Source of the DNA: Vulcanimicrobiota bacterium
GTDB taxonomy: Bacteria; Vulcanimicrobiota; Vulcanimicrobiia; Vulcanimicrobiales; Vulcanimicrobiaceae
Direction of reading: 5' to 3'
Assembly (NCBI GenBank): GCA_963714015.1
Contig: OY970223.1
Span: forward strand, 1-64,000
Length of the DNA stretch: 64,000 nucleotides
Shown here: positions 40,100-50,460 of the stretch, one piece after another
Position numbering within the stretch: the stretch's first letter is position 1
How the letters are laid out: every line of letters begins with the position of its first letter
Position numbers and translations under genes: made by a program
Notes under the pieces: model-generated
Database searches by the model: none
Told to the model about the DNA's origin: nothing
The model's input: the letters and a program-made list of their open reading frames with translations, nothing else

Positions 40100-42277
40100 A
40101 TGCAGCGGCGTCCGCAGACAGGAGGCACGTTCACGTTGCTCGGGTTGATCTTTGCCTTGACGCTCGGCGCACCGGTGGCCGTTCACGTCGACGCGACGCA
40201 TCGCATCCAAACGTTCCGTCCGATCCGGACCTTCGGCACGGCCGTCGACTCCGACCCCAAGGACAAAGTCTCGCTGCTCTATTCGCCGTCACGCACAAGG
40301 TTGATGCTGAGCACCGGCTTGGGTATGCTCACGTACCGGCTGTACACGGAACTTTCGATACAAGACTGGCATTGGAATCCGGCGGGCGCGTACTCCGACG
40401 CCCGGCATAAGCAGGGTTACTGGACGAGCAGCGCAATGCCCGCAGCGGCGCAAATCGGCGATTCATTCGGCTACCGGCTGCCGCACCGCGGGGACTCGCG
40501 CGATCAGGGTGACGATGACGGCTACTCGCGTATCGACGACGGCGATCCGTCGACATATTGGAAGAGTAACCCTTACCTGACCCATGTCTTTACCGGAGAG
40601 CCGGACTCGGCCAATCCGCAATGGGCGGTCGTGCAGTTTCTTAGGCCACAGCCGATCGACGCAATCAGAATCGCATGGGCAAATCCGTTCGCGACTCGGT
40701 ATGCGGTGCAATACTGGGCGGGTAACGGAGACGCGATCGTCCAGCAGGACGCCGGCGTGTGGCGAACTTTTGCAAACGGCAACGTTAGCGCGGGGAAAGG
40801 CAACCGCGCGCTGCTCCGGCTTTCCGGCGCGCCGGTTTCGACCACCGCCGTTCGAGTGCTCATGAGTGCTTCATCCGGTACATGCGATACGCACGGAAAC
40901 AGCGACGTTCGCAACTGCGCCGGCTACGCAATTCAGGACATCGGCGCCGGTACGATCGACGGTTCGGGAAAGTTTCACGACCTGGTCGTTCGAAAGAAGA
41001 ACGGATCGTGTCACGGCGCGCTGTTCTGCACGTTCGATCCGAAGCGCCAGACGCTCATGTGGACTTCTTCGGACGATCCCTGGCACAGCGCAGCGGATGA
41101 GGTAACGGGCGATCAAGATCAAACCGGTCTCGACCGCATTGCGCGAAGCCCCATTACGCGCGGCCTTCCCGCTATCTATCCCGTTCCGGTTTTCTACAGC
41201 ACTCCGCAAAACGCCGCGAACGAAGTGCGGTACTTGGAGAAACGCGGCTACCCGATCTCGTATATCGAGATGGGCGAAGAAGTCGACGGGCAGTACGCGC
41301 TTCCCGAAGATTACGCCGCACTCTACGTGCAGTTCGCGCGAGCGATTCACGCGGTCGATCCTCGAGTTAAACTGGGAGGCCCAATCTTCGAAGGCGTAAG
41401 CAAGGACGTTCCGGCTTGGCGCAATGCCGCGGGTGACGGTTCCTGGCTGCACCGTTTTTTAGTTTATTTACGGCGGCGAGGCCGGCTGGGCGATCTTTCG
41501 TTCATGTCGTGGGAGCACTACCCGTACCACAACTGCGATGCCGGCGCAAAGCGTCAAGCCGATCTGCTGGACGAACCGTCATTCGTGCGCCGCATGGTCG
41601 ATCAGTGGCACGCGGACGGACTGCCGAAAAATCTCCCGCTGCTCGAAACCGAGAACAATTTCTCTCCCGACGGCACCAGCGCCCCGCAGCACGTCTATGG
41701 AGCGCTTTGGACCGGCGACTTTATGGGCGCTTCGCTTGCCTCGGGCATCTCGTACATGACGTACTACCAAGCCGAGCCTGAGCCGGTTGGGCGTAACGAT
41801 CGCTGTAAGACTTGGGGCGCCTATAATCCTTACATCGTCGATCGGGATTTCAACGTGCGTGCAAAAGGGGCCGCCTATTACGCGCTGCAGCTGATCGCGC
41901 AGCAATGGGTGCTGCCGGGAGATCGCGAGCACGGCGTGTACCCCGTAACGTCGAGTTTGGGAAATCACGATGCGGTCGTCACGGCGTACGCCGTTCGGCG
42001 TCCCGACGGTAAGTGGTCCCTCATGCTCGTGAACAAAGACACACTGGCGCATCCGGTTACGATCGACTTTGCGGAAAGAGGCGGCACCGGTCGCTTCACC
42101 GGCAGCGTGCGCACGATAACGTTCGGCAGTGCCCGGTACCGGTGGAGCGGTAACGGCCCGGGCGATCGTCCCAATCCCGACAAAGGCCTGGCGTTCGGCA
42201 GCGCGCCCGGCGGAAAGACGGCCTACGTCGTTCCTGCGCGTTCCCTGATGGTTATTCGTGGCGCAACCGCACGCTGA
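40100..42277 (+). CDS. Secreted glycoside hydrolase-like protein with an inserted discoidin (F5/8 type C) domain
   Basis: Signal peptide; IDDGDPSTYWKS and IDAIRIAW (discoidin); YIEMGEEVDG, AIHAVDPRVKLGGP, LLETEN, WSLMLVNKD. Confidence 0.75.
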   Translation: MQRRPQTGGTFTLLGLIFALTLGAPVAVHVDATHRIQTFRPIRTFGTAVDSDPKDKVSLLYSPSRTRLMLSTGLGMLTYRLYTELSIQDWHWNPAGAYSDARHKQGYWTSSAMPAAAQIGDSFGYRLPHRGDSRDQGDDDGYSRIDDGDPSTYWKSNPYLTHVFTGEPDSANPQWAVVQFLRPQPIDAIRIAWANPFATRYAVQYWAGNGDAIVQQDAGVWRTFANGNVSAGKGNRALLRLSGAPVSTTAVRVLMSASSGTCDTHGNSDVRNCAGYAIQDIGAGTIDGSGKFHDLVVRKKNGSCHGALFCTFDPKRQTLMWTSSDDPWHSAADEVTGDQDQTGLDRIARSPITRGLPAIYPVPVFYSTPQNAANEVRYLEKRGYPISYIEMGEEVDGQYALPEDYAALYVQFARAIHAVDPRVKLGGPIFEGVSKDVPAWRNAAGDGSWLHRFLVYLRRRGRLGDLSFMSWEHYPYHNCDAGAKRQADLLDEPSFVRRMVDQWHADGLPKNLPLLETENNFSPDGTSAPQHVYGALWTGDFMGASLASGISYMTYYQAEPEPVGRNDRCKTWGAYNPYIVDRDFNVRAKGAAYYALQLIAQQWVLPGDREHGVYPVTSSLGNHDAVVTAYAVRRPDGKWSLMLVNKDTLAHPVTIDFAERGGTGRFTGSVRTITFGSARYRWSGNGPGDRPNPDKGLAFGSAPGGKTAYVVPARSLMVIRGATAR

Positions 42278-42300
42278 GCGATGCGTCGCTGGACGCCGCT

Positions 42301-42327
42301 TGTCGATCTGCGGCCCCCTCGTTCGAC
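42301..42327 (+). promoter_or_regulatory. ECF42-type promoter upstream of the YciI-family gene
   Basis: TGTCGA - 17 bp - CGAC, matching the described ECF42 consensus (TGTCGA / CG(A/T)C), 40 bp before the start codon. Confidence 0.65.
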
Positions 42328-42367
42328 GTGCAGGTAGAACCCTTGCCGACTGAAATGAGGAAGTGCG

Positions 42368-42731
42368 ATGCGATTTATGGTGCTGGTAAAAGCGAACGAG
42401 CAATCCGAGGCCGGAGTGCTGCCCACGCGCGAGCAGACTGGCGGAAATGGGCAGCTTTAATGAAGAGATGATCAAGGCGGGCGTCATGCTGGCCGGAGAT
42501 GGACTTCATCCGTCCTCCAAGGGCGCGCGGATCGCGTGGTCCGGCGGAAAGCGCACGGTGGTCGACGGACCGTTCGCTGAAACGAAGGAGCTTGTCGCCG
42601 GCTACTGGATCATTCAAGTAAAATCCAAAGAAGAAGCGGTTGAATGGATCTCGCGCGCGCCGTTCGAGCATGCTCAGGTGGAGATCCGCCGGATCTTCGA
42701 GGCCGAAGATTTCGGCGACCTTTTAGCGTAA
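42368..42731 (+). CDS. YciI/DGPF family protein; indel at 42437
   Basis: MRFMVLVKANEQSEAG, GDGLHPSS, DGPFAETKELVAGYW. Confidence 0.92.
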
Positions 42732-42736
42732 CGCGC

Positions 42737-44014
42737 ATGACCGGGTCGGAAACACACCGCGCGATCGACGCCGTCTGGCGCATCGAATCCGCAAAAGTGA
42801 TCGCCGCGCTCACGCGAATCGTGCGCGACGTCGGCCTGGCTGAGGACCTCGCGCAAGAGGCGCTGGTCGCGGCACTCGAACGCTGGCCGCGCTCCGGCGT
42901 TCCCGACAACCCCGGCGCTTGGCTTACTGCAGTGGCCAAACTGCGCGCGGTCGACGCGTTCCGGCGCGCCAAGCGGCAAAGCGAGAAGCATCAGGCGATA
43001 GCGCAAAATCTTCAAGCGCTGCAAGCTCTGGAAGAACCCGACTTTGCCGCGGCGCTTGATGAAGACGTGGGCGACGATCTGCTCAGGTTGATGTTCATCG
43101 CGTGCCATCCCGTGCTCGCGGCCGATGCGCGCGTTGCGTTGACGCTTCGGCTGCTGGGCGGCCTTACCACCGAAGAGATCGCCCGGGCGTTTCTGACGTC
43201 GGTGCCCACCGTGGCGCAGCGCATCGTGCGCGCAAAACGCACGCTTTCCGAAGCGCGCGTACCGTTCGAAGTGCCTGCGGGTCCCGATCGCGCAGCGCGG
43301 CTCAGTTCGGTTCTGGAAGTCCTTTATCTGATTTTCAACGAGGGATACTCCGCAACGGCCGGTCAGGATTGGATGCGGCCCGCCCTTTGCGAAGACGCAC
43401 TCCGTTTGGGACGCGTCTTAGCGCAGTTGATGCCGCGCGAACCCGAGGTTCACGGCCTCGTCGCGCTGATGGAAATTCAAGCGTCGCGATCGCGCGCGCG
43501 CGTCGATGCCGGCGGAGCACCCGTCCTGCTCTTCGATCAGGACCGCACGCGCTGGGATCGGATCCTGATCAAACGCGGACTGGACGCGCTCGACCGTGCG
43601 GCCGCATTCGGCAGAGCGCTCGGTCCATACGCTTTGCAAGCCTCCATCGCGGCCTGTCACGCGCGCGCGAGAACCGCGGAGGAAACCGATTGGCACCGCA
43701 TCGTCGCGTTGTACGACGCGCTCGCACAATTGACGCCTTCGCCGATTGTCGACCTGAACCGCGCGGTTGCCGTTTCAATGGCTTTCGGTCCGGCAGCCGC
43801 ATTGGAGATCGTCGAGTCGCTCGCTTCCGAACGCGCCCTGCGGACCTATCATTTGCTGCCCAGCGTCCGCGGCGATCTGCTGCGGCAACTGAGCCGTTTT
43901 GAAGAAGCTCGCGCGGAATTCGAGCGGGCCGCAGAGTTGACGCAGAATGCGCGCGAACGGGCGTTGCTCCTGCGCAGAGCCGAAGACAGCGCTCGACTGG
44001 GGAGGCAAACATGA
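42737..44014 (+). CDS. ECF42-group RNA polymerase sigma factor with C-terminal TPR extension
   Basis: [60 protein letters not shown]. Confidence 0.9.
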   Translation: MTGSETHRAIDAVWRIESAKVIAALTRIVRDVGLAEDLAQEALVAALERWPRSGVPDNPGAWLTAVAKLRAVDAFRRAKRQSEKHQAIAQNLQALQALEEPDFAAALDEDVGDDLLRLMFIACHPVLAADARVALTLRLLGGLTTEEIARAFLTSVPTVAQRIVRAKRTLSEARVPFEVPAGPDRAARLSSVLEVLYLIFNEGYSATAGQDWMRPALCEDALRLGRVLAQLMPREPEVHGLVALMEIQASRSRARVDAGGAPVLLFDQDRTRWDRILIKRGLDALDRAAAFGRALGPYALQASIAACHARARTAEETDWHRIVALYDALAQLTPSPIVDLNRAVAVSMAFGPAAALEIVESLASERALRTYHLLPSVRGDLLRQLSRFEEARAEFERAAELTQNARERALLLRRAEDSARLGRQT

Positions 44015-45126
44015 GTGAGATACGCGTTCTGGCCGGCACGCGCAAAGGCGCGTTCATCTTGACTTCCGACGGAAAACGCCGCGACTGGAAGGTCGACGGG
44101 CCGCATTTCGGCGGTTGGGAAATTTACCACGTTGCGGGTTCGCCGGTGAATCCCGACCGGATCTATGCTTCCCAAACCAGCTCGTGGTTCGGCCAGGTCA
44201 TGCAGCGATCGGATGACGGCGGCAAGACCTGGCAAGCCGTCGGAAATGACTTTTCGTACGAAGGGACCCCCGGAACGCATCAATGGTACGACGGGACTCC
44301 GCATCCGTGGGAATTTGCGCGCGTATGGCATCTCGAACCGTCGCTGACGGATCCCGACACGGTCTATGCCGGCGTCGAAGACGCGGCCCTTTTCAAATCG
44401 ATCGACGGCGGCCAGACATGGAATGAGCTTTCGGGATTGCGCGGCCACGATTCGGGGCCGTCGTGGCAGCCGGGTGCCGGCGGCATGTGCCTGCATACGA
44501 TCGTGCTCGATCCTAGCAATCCGCAGCGCTTGTACGCCGCAATCTCGGCGGCCGGCGCTTTCCGCAGCGACGACGGCGGCGCGGCGTGGAAACCGATCAA
44601 TCGCGGACTTCGCTCTGCGCAAATTCCCGACGAGGATGCGGAAGTCGGCCACTGCGTTCATCGCATCGCCATGCATCCGCAGCGTCCGGGCGTGCTTTTC
44701 ATGCAGAAGCACTGGGACGTGATGCGAAGCGACGATGCCGGAGAAAACTGGCGCGAGGTGAGCGGAAATCTTCCGTCCGACTTCGGCTTTCCCATCGCGA
44801 TGCATGCGCACGAGCCGGAAACGATCTACGTCGTGCCGATCGAGAGCGACAGCCGCCATTTCCCGCCCGAGGGAAAGTTGCGCGTCTACCGCAGCCGCAC
44901 GGGCGGCGAGGAGTGGGAACCGCTCACGAAAGGTTTGCCGCAACGGGACTGCTACGTCAACGTGCTGCGCGATGCAATGGCCGTCGATTCGTTGGACTCA
45001 TGCGGCATTTATTTCGGTACGACGGGCGGACAAGTGTACGTGTCCGCCGATGCGGGCGAAACCTGGAACGCGATCGTGCGCGATTTGCCGGCGGTACTCT
45101 CAGTCGAAGTGCAGACGCTGCATTGA
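44011..45126 (+). CDS. BNR/Asp-box beta-propeller (sialidase-like fold) protein
   Basis: GTRKGAF followed by repeated (R/K)SxDGGxTW boxes. Confidence 0.88.
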   Translation: MSEIRVLAGTRKGAFILTSDGKRRDWKVDGPHFGGWEIYHVAGSPVNPDRIYASQTSSWFGQVMQRSDDGGKTWQAVGNDFSYEGTPGTHQWYDGTPHPWEFARVWHLEPSLTDPDTVYAGVEDAALFKSIDGGQTWNELSGLRGHDSGPSWQPGAGGMCLHTIVLDPSNPQRLYAAISAAGAFRSDDGGAAWKPINRGLRSAQIPDEDAEVGHCVHRIAMHPQRPGVLFMQKHWDVMRSDDAGENWREVSGNLPSDFGFPIAMHAHEPETIYVVPIESDSRHFPPEGKLRVYRSRTGGEEWEPLTKGLPQRDCYVNVLRDAMAVDSLDSCGIYFGTTGGQVYVSADAGETWNAIVRDLPAVLSVEVQTLH

Positions 45127-45419
45127 TTCGCGTCGTACTGCCTGCCCATCTTCGCGTCCTTGCGCGCGTCGGCGGCGAGATAACGGTAGAAGTTTATGGA
45201 GCAGTCACGCAGCGCTCCGTACTCGACGCAGTGGAAGCGCGTTATCCGGTCTTGTGCGGGACGATTCGCGATCGCGCTACTCAAAAGCGCCGGCCGTACG
45301 TACGTTTCTTTGCGTGCGAACGCGACCTTTCGCACGAGGTGCCCGACGCGCCGCTGCCGGACGCCGTCGCCGGCGGAACGGAACCGCTGCTGATCGTCGG
45401 CGCTATGGCCGGCGGTTAG
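45123..45419 (+). CDS. MoaD/ThiS ubiquitin-like protein
   Basis: TTG start overlapping the upstream stop; [29 protein letters not shown]-terminal AMAGG. Confidence 0.85.
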   Translation: MIRVVLPAHLRVLARVGGEITVEVYGAVTQRSVLDAVEARYPVLCGTIRDRATQKRRPYVRFFACERDLSHEVPDAPLPDAVAGGTEPLLIVGAMAGG

Positions 45420-45433
45420 CGCGACGTCAATCG

Positions 45434-46165
45434 CTAAGGCGCTGATTCGGCGGCGGCCGAAACGCCGCCCATTTCCATGAGACGCTCGCGATGGATCCAT
45501 CGGATTCGCCCGCGCTCGCGCTTCACCGCGCCCTTTTCTTCGAAGACCGCCACTGCGCGCCCGACGACCTCCTTAACCGTGCCGGCCGCCGCGCCGATCT
45601 GGCTCTGAGTCATCAGCGGCAGCGGATCGAGCGCCGGCGAGAGACCGGGACCCGCCGCGAATTCCAGAAGGTACCGCGCAATGCGCTGTTGCGCCGTCAA
45701 ATTCATCTCGGCGAGCAGCGAAGTGGTGCGGCGGACACGCCGGGCCAGCGTCACGGCGAACGCTAGAGCCAGCGTTCCGTGCTGCTTGCAAAGATCGACG
45801 ACTGCGGAACGGTCGACGAGGGCGTAGACGGCCTTTTGGGAGACGACTACGGTTCGGGCCATCTCGGGTGCGCCGTCGAACATGGAGGAAACGCCGAAGA
45901 AATGCCCCGGGTGAGCGTGGTCGTAGAGCCGCTCCTTGTCTTCTTCACCCGGAACCAGCATCGCGATGCTGCCCTCCACCAGAAAGCCCAAGTGTTCCCA
46001 CCGCTCCCCGGCGGCGTAGATCGTCGTGCCTTTGCGGGCTTCCGCGACCGAGGCGAGTTCGGCCAGCTGCTGTAGAACCCGAGCCGGAACCTCGCCGAAG
46101 GCGTTGTTGTCGGCGAGGCTCTTTATTATGAAGTAGCGGGCGGCGTCCGCAGTTTCTTTTCCCAC
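45434..46165 (-). CDS. Crp/Fnr family transcriptional regulator
   Basis: cNMP-fold motifs (IYAAGE, PGHFFG), QRIARYLL, HTH MTQSQIGAAAGTVKEVVGR. Confidence 0.88.
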   Translation of the reverse strand: MGKETADAARYFIIKSLADNNAFGEVPARVLQQLAELASVAEARKGTTIYAAGERWEHLGFLVEGSIAMLVPGEEDKERLYDHAHPGHFFGVSSMFDGAPEMARTVVVSQKAVYALVDRSAVVDLCKQHGTLALAFAVTLARRVRRTTSLLAEMNLTAQQRIARYLLEFAAGPGLSPALDPLPLMTQSQIGAAAGTVKEVVGRAVAVFEEKGAVKRERGRIRWIHRERLMEMGGVSAAAESAP

Positions 46166-46339
46166 GCGCGCCGCTTCGCTCCGTGCCGTGCCGAGTCAGA
46201 CTCCTCCCTCTAATGCGAGGGCAATTCCGGTACCAAGTCGGCATAGTAATAAAGCCTCACTAAAAAACCCGCCAAATGTCACTCAGAGCAACGTAGCGTC
46301 CCCATGTAAAGTGAACTCAGTCGCTCTTTTTCGTAGGGG

Positions 46340-47140
46340 ATGGCATTAAAAATGACGACGTTCGTCGAGTTAGTATTGGCGGGGCTGGTAATAGGGACAT
46401 TCACGGGCCTTTCCGGCGTAGGAGGCGGCTCGATCATGACGCCGGTGTTGATGCTGCTCCTCGGAGTGAATCCCTTGGTCGCCGTGGGGACCGACCTATT
46501 GTATAGCGTGCCGACAAAAATCTTGGGAGCCGTGGTCCACGCCAAGCAGCGGACTATGGACTGGAGCGCCGCCCGCGGGCTCCTTCTGGGCGGCATTCCC
46601 GGCGTGATTGCCGGCCTCATCGCCCTCTATGCGCTGCGGCACAGCGTCGACGCGCAGCTATTGAACGCCATCGTCAAACGCGCCGTCGGCATCGCGCTCA
46701 TCGTCTCCGCGATCGCACTCGTTTACGGCGCGATCATGTATCGAAAGGCCGACACGCCGGCCGAAGGAGATTCGAGCGATCTAATCCGCCGTCGCACCCC
46801 GGCGCTGGCCGCCTCCGGCGCACTGGTCGGGTTCTTCGTCGCGTTGACTTCGATTGGTTCGGGAGCGATCACGATGCCGCTGCTTCTCCTCATCGTTCCT
46901 TTAATAGGGTTGCGCCGGCTCGTCGGAACCGATATCGCTTTTGCGGCATTCCTGATTCCGGTAGCGGCATTCGGCCATATTACGCTCGGCGACGTCAATT
47001 ACCGCGTAGCACTCTCGCTGCTGATCGGCTCGCTTCCCGGCGTGTTCATCGGGAGCCGCCTATGCAGAAATCTTTCGGAGATTTGGCTTCGTCCGGCCGT
47101 TGCCATGGTCTTAGTTATCGCCGGATCGAGGTTAATCTAG
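46340..47140 (+). CDS. TauE/SafE family sulfite/sulfur-compound transporter
   Basis: GLSGVGGGSIMTP, AVGTDL, TSIGSG, LVGTDIA, LLIGSLPGV. Confidence 0.9.
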   Translation: MALKMTTFVELVLAGLVIGTFTGLSGVGGGSIMTPVLMLLLGVNPLVAVGTDLLYSVPTKILGAVVHAKQRTMDWSAARGLLLGGIPGVIAGLIALYALRHSVDAQLLNAIVKRAVGIALIVSAIALVYGAIMYRKADTPAEGDSSDLIRRRTPALAASGALVGFFVALTSIGSGAITMPLLLLIVPLIGLRRLVGTDIAFAAFLIPVAAFGHITLGDVNYRVALSLLIGSLPGVFIGSRLCRNLSEIWLRPAVAMVLVIAGSRLI

Positions 47141-47141
47141 C

Positions 47142-48762
47142 GTGAATCGGTCAGCGGCGCTCGCCGCCTTTCTCGTCATTCTCTTCACTGGTACTGCGCT
47201 CGCTGAATCGTCCAAAAATCCACAAATCGTAGCCCAAGCAAATCCTACGCCGGCACCGACCGCTCATCCGCTGACATTGGGCGGATACTTCCGCGGATAC
47301 TATTTCGCGCGTACGAATGCTTCTCCGCAATACGGACTTCCGCAGTCGACCGGCGTGGTCAATCAAGCGACGTTCAACGCTGCGCTGGCGCTGCACGCCG
47401 CGTACAACGTGGACAACTGGACCGTTGCCGGCACCTATCTGTACGCTAATCCGCTCGACAACTGTACGACCGCGGCCGATCAGGTTGAAAGCGGTGGTCC
47501 GTGCAGCGGGAAAACCGCAACGTACAAATCGGGCGGCGTCGAGCTATCCGTACAGTCCGGTGCCTACCAATCCGGACAACACGCTGCCGGGGTTTCAACT
47601 CAGCACTTTGTATGAAGCGTACCTGCAGTACAAGGACGCGACGCTCTACGGAAAGATTGGCGATCAGCTGCTGAACACGCCGTGGGCCAACAGCTCGGAC
47701 ACGCGCCTAAAGCCGGAAGCGTATCAGGGTGGCGATTTCTCGTACAAAGTCAATCGCGGCTGGACGGTGGAAGCGGCGTATATCGATCGCTTCGAGAGCC
47801 GCGTGGATTCAGCGTTCGTGAATTCGACGCTGCTGACCGCGACCAATCAAGCCGACGCACCCGGCCCCGGCGCAAACTTGCTGATTCCTAAATACTCCGC
47901 CGTTACGACGAACGGCTTTGCGTACGGGCGCCTCGGATTTAGTTCGGGACCGTTGGCGGCCAATCTGCACGTCTACGATTTTCTGAACATTGCCGACGTC
48001 GAGTGGCTCGATGCCAAATACTCGCCGGCTGCCGAAACTGCTTACAAACCCTACGTCGCATTTCAAGCCGGCAACGAAGCCAATGCGGGCTCCGGCGTTC
48101 TAGGCAAGATCAACAGTCAAGTCGTGGGCCTTCAGGGCGGCGCGACGGTCGCTCAGAATCTCGACGTGACGCTGGGCTTCGATTTCATCCCGCAGAAGAG
48201 CGATACGCTCGCGCTTCCCGCAGGTATCGCGTGCGCTGCGGTGCCGGCGCAGCCTCCGGTCAAGGCGCCGGCGGGCAATCAGATCGTCGTAACGAACCGA
48301 ACTCCGCTGATGTACTTCCTGCCTACGGGCGGCACCCCGGACTGCATCGACAATGCCAACGGCACGACGACTGTGTATTATGGGGGCTGGGCCAGTCCGT
48401 ACACCGATTCGTATACGAGCGATCCGCTGTTCACCACGAGCATGACTGCCGGTATGATCGAGCGGCGCAGTTCCGGCACCTCAGGTAAGATAGCTGCGAC
48501 GTGGTGGGGCGACAACAAGCAAATTCGCTTGATCACCAGCTTCGCGCTGTACGCGTACGGCAACAACACGACGGGCGTCGCCCCTTCACACGAAGTCGAT
48601 ATCGACGGTACGTATTTCTTCAACCGCGTTACGAAGAACGGTCCGTACAAGGGGCTGCTCCTGCGCCACCGGTACGGCGATCGCGACAACACGTTCGTGC
48701 AGTACTACGGCGGCCTTCCGGTCTTCAAGTACAACCGCACGCAGCTGGAGTACGACTTCTAA
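47142..48762 (+). CDS. Outer-membrane beta-barrel/porin-like protein (OprD-like); frameshift near 47541
   Basis: Signal peptide, GYFRGYYFAR, LYEAYLQY, TPWANSSDTRLKP, amphipathic strands, C-terminal YNRTQLEYDF. Confidence 0.7.
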
Positions 48763-50444
48763 GTCGTAGCGTAAGAGTCGAAGAGTTCGCGATGACAGGT
48801 CACGGGCAGCGTCACGCTGATGTGACTGCCCAGACCAGGCACCCGTTCGACTTCGACATCGCGCGCGAGCATCGAAACCAAGTAAAGGCCCCGGCCGGAC
48901 TCGGCCCACAGATCCTTGGGCAGCGCCGGCTTGTACGAGAAGCCCGGCCCCTTGTCGATGACGTGCAGCATCGCATCCGTTCCGCGAAGCTGCAGTGATA
49001 CGCTCAGCGGCCCGGGAGCGTGCCGCACGGCGTTCCCGATCAATTCGGCGAAGATGACGCCGCAAATCGACATCGTCTCTGCGTCGATCGGACAAAACTG
49101 ACGCAGGCGCGTAAAGAACTCGTCGCGCAGGGTATACGCGGCCCTCGCATCCGCCGCTTCGAATTGCCAGCGCATCTGCGCGCGCTTGAAATTGAAGACG
49201 ATGATTGCGATATCGTCGCGCGGCGCCTCGTAGGCGATCGCGCGTTCGATGAACTCGGCCGGATTCACCGAGTAGAGTACGGCCTCCGAAGCCAGCACCC
49301 GCTCGAGCATCGCCTCTCCGGCAACCACGTCCCGAGTGATTTCGATGACGCCGTCCGTGTACAGGACCAGCATGCTCTCGTCGAGGAATGTTTCGGAATG
49401 CTCCTCGAACTGAGCGTCGCGGAACGCGCCAAGGGGCGGTGAAGGTGCTTCCAGTTTGCGCACGCGCCCGCCCGGCAGCCGAAACATGGGCGGTGCATGG
49501 CCAGCGGAAACGTACCGAAGGCAACGCGTCCGCGGATCCAATATGCCGATGAAAGCGCTCGCCAGCCGTTCGCCGTGCTCGTTCAGCAGCAGCCGATTGC
49601 AGACGTCGGCAATCTTCCGCGGATCGCGCGCGTCGAGCGCCGCGACGCGGATCGCTTGACGCATCAATACCATCAAACGCGCAGCCTCGACGCCCTTACC
49701 GGTGACGTCGCCGATCGTGAGGACGATCTCGCCGGCATCGTTCTCGAAAGCGTCGTACCAGTCGCCGCCGATGTCCGCCTCGGTGGAACCGGGACGATAA
49801 TGCGCGCTGATTTCAATCCCCTCGCAGACCGGAAAGCGCCGCGGCAAAAACGAGCGCTGCAGCGTTTCAGCGACGTACTGCTCGCGATGAAACTGCTTGG
49901 CATTGGCTACCGCCAATCCGGCGCGGCGTCCGAGTTCGAGCGCGAAAAGCAGGTCCGCTTGATCGAACTCGCGGTTTGAGCTGGTGCGGACGAACGTCAG
50001 CGCACCGAAGATGTGATTTTGCGCGACAACGGGCACGACGATCTTCGAGCGATATCCGAAGCGGCGCATGTACTGTTCGTGCTGCCGGCTTGCGGCATGT
50101 GCTGCGATCGCCTCTTCGTCGATGTGTGGAAGGAAAAAGGGCCGGCCCGTGCGTGTCACCTGCACGACGGGATGGACGCCGAACTCTTCGACGTAGAGGA
50201 TCGTTGATACCGTCGCAAGCGCTTCTTCTTTGCGCGGATCGCGATGCGCCGAAGCGGTCACGAAGAGACGCTCGGATCGCTCGTCGATAAGGTCGAAAAG
50301 ACAGATCTCGGCGAATGTTTCGACGGCGAGGCGCGCGACGTTGTCTAAAGTGGCGGTAACGTCAAGAGACCGGTGAAAAATCTCACCGGACCTTACGAGA
50401 AGATCGAGCCGCTCTTGATCGCGGTTCTCGACGACAGTCGCCAA
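48759..50444 (-). CDS. GAF + SpoIIE/PP2C phosphatase + RsbW-like HATPase protein
   Basis: TTG after GGGAGG; LQRSFLP, IGGDWYD, IGDVTGKG, SAGHAPP, LYTDG, DDIA, ELIGNAVRH, ESGRGL. Confidence 0.9.
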   Translation of the reverse strand: MATVVENRDQERLDLLVRSGEIFHRSLDVTATLDNVARLAVETFAEICLFDLIDERSERLFVTASAHRDPRKEEALATVSTILYVEEFGVHPVVQVTRTGRPFFLPHIDEEAIAAHAASRQHEQYMRRFGYRSKIVVPVVAQNHIFGALTFVRTSSNREFDQADLLFALELGRRAGLAVANAKQFHREQYVAETLQRSFLPRRFPVCEGIEISAHYRPGSTEADIGGDWYDAFENDAGEIVLTIGDVTGKGVEAARLMVLMRQAIRVAALDARDPRKIADVCNRLLLNEHGERLASAFIGILDPRTRCLRYVSAGHAPPMFRLPGGRVRKLEAPSPPLGAFRDAQFEEHSETFLDESMLVLYTDGVIEITRDVVAGEAMLERVLASEAVLYSVNPAEFIERAIAYEAPRDDIAIIVFNFKRAQMRWQFEAADARAAYTLRDEFFTRLRQFCPIDAETMSICGVIFAELIGNAVRHAPGPLSVSLQLRGTDAMLHVIDKGPGFSYKPALPKDLWAESGRGLYLVSMLARDVEVERVPGLGSHISVTLPVTCHRELFDSYATT

Positions 50445-50460
50445 ACCAGGTCCTCCCGGC

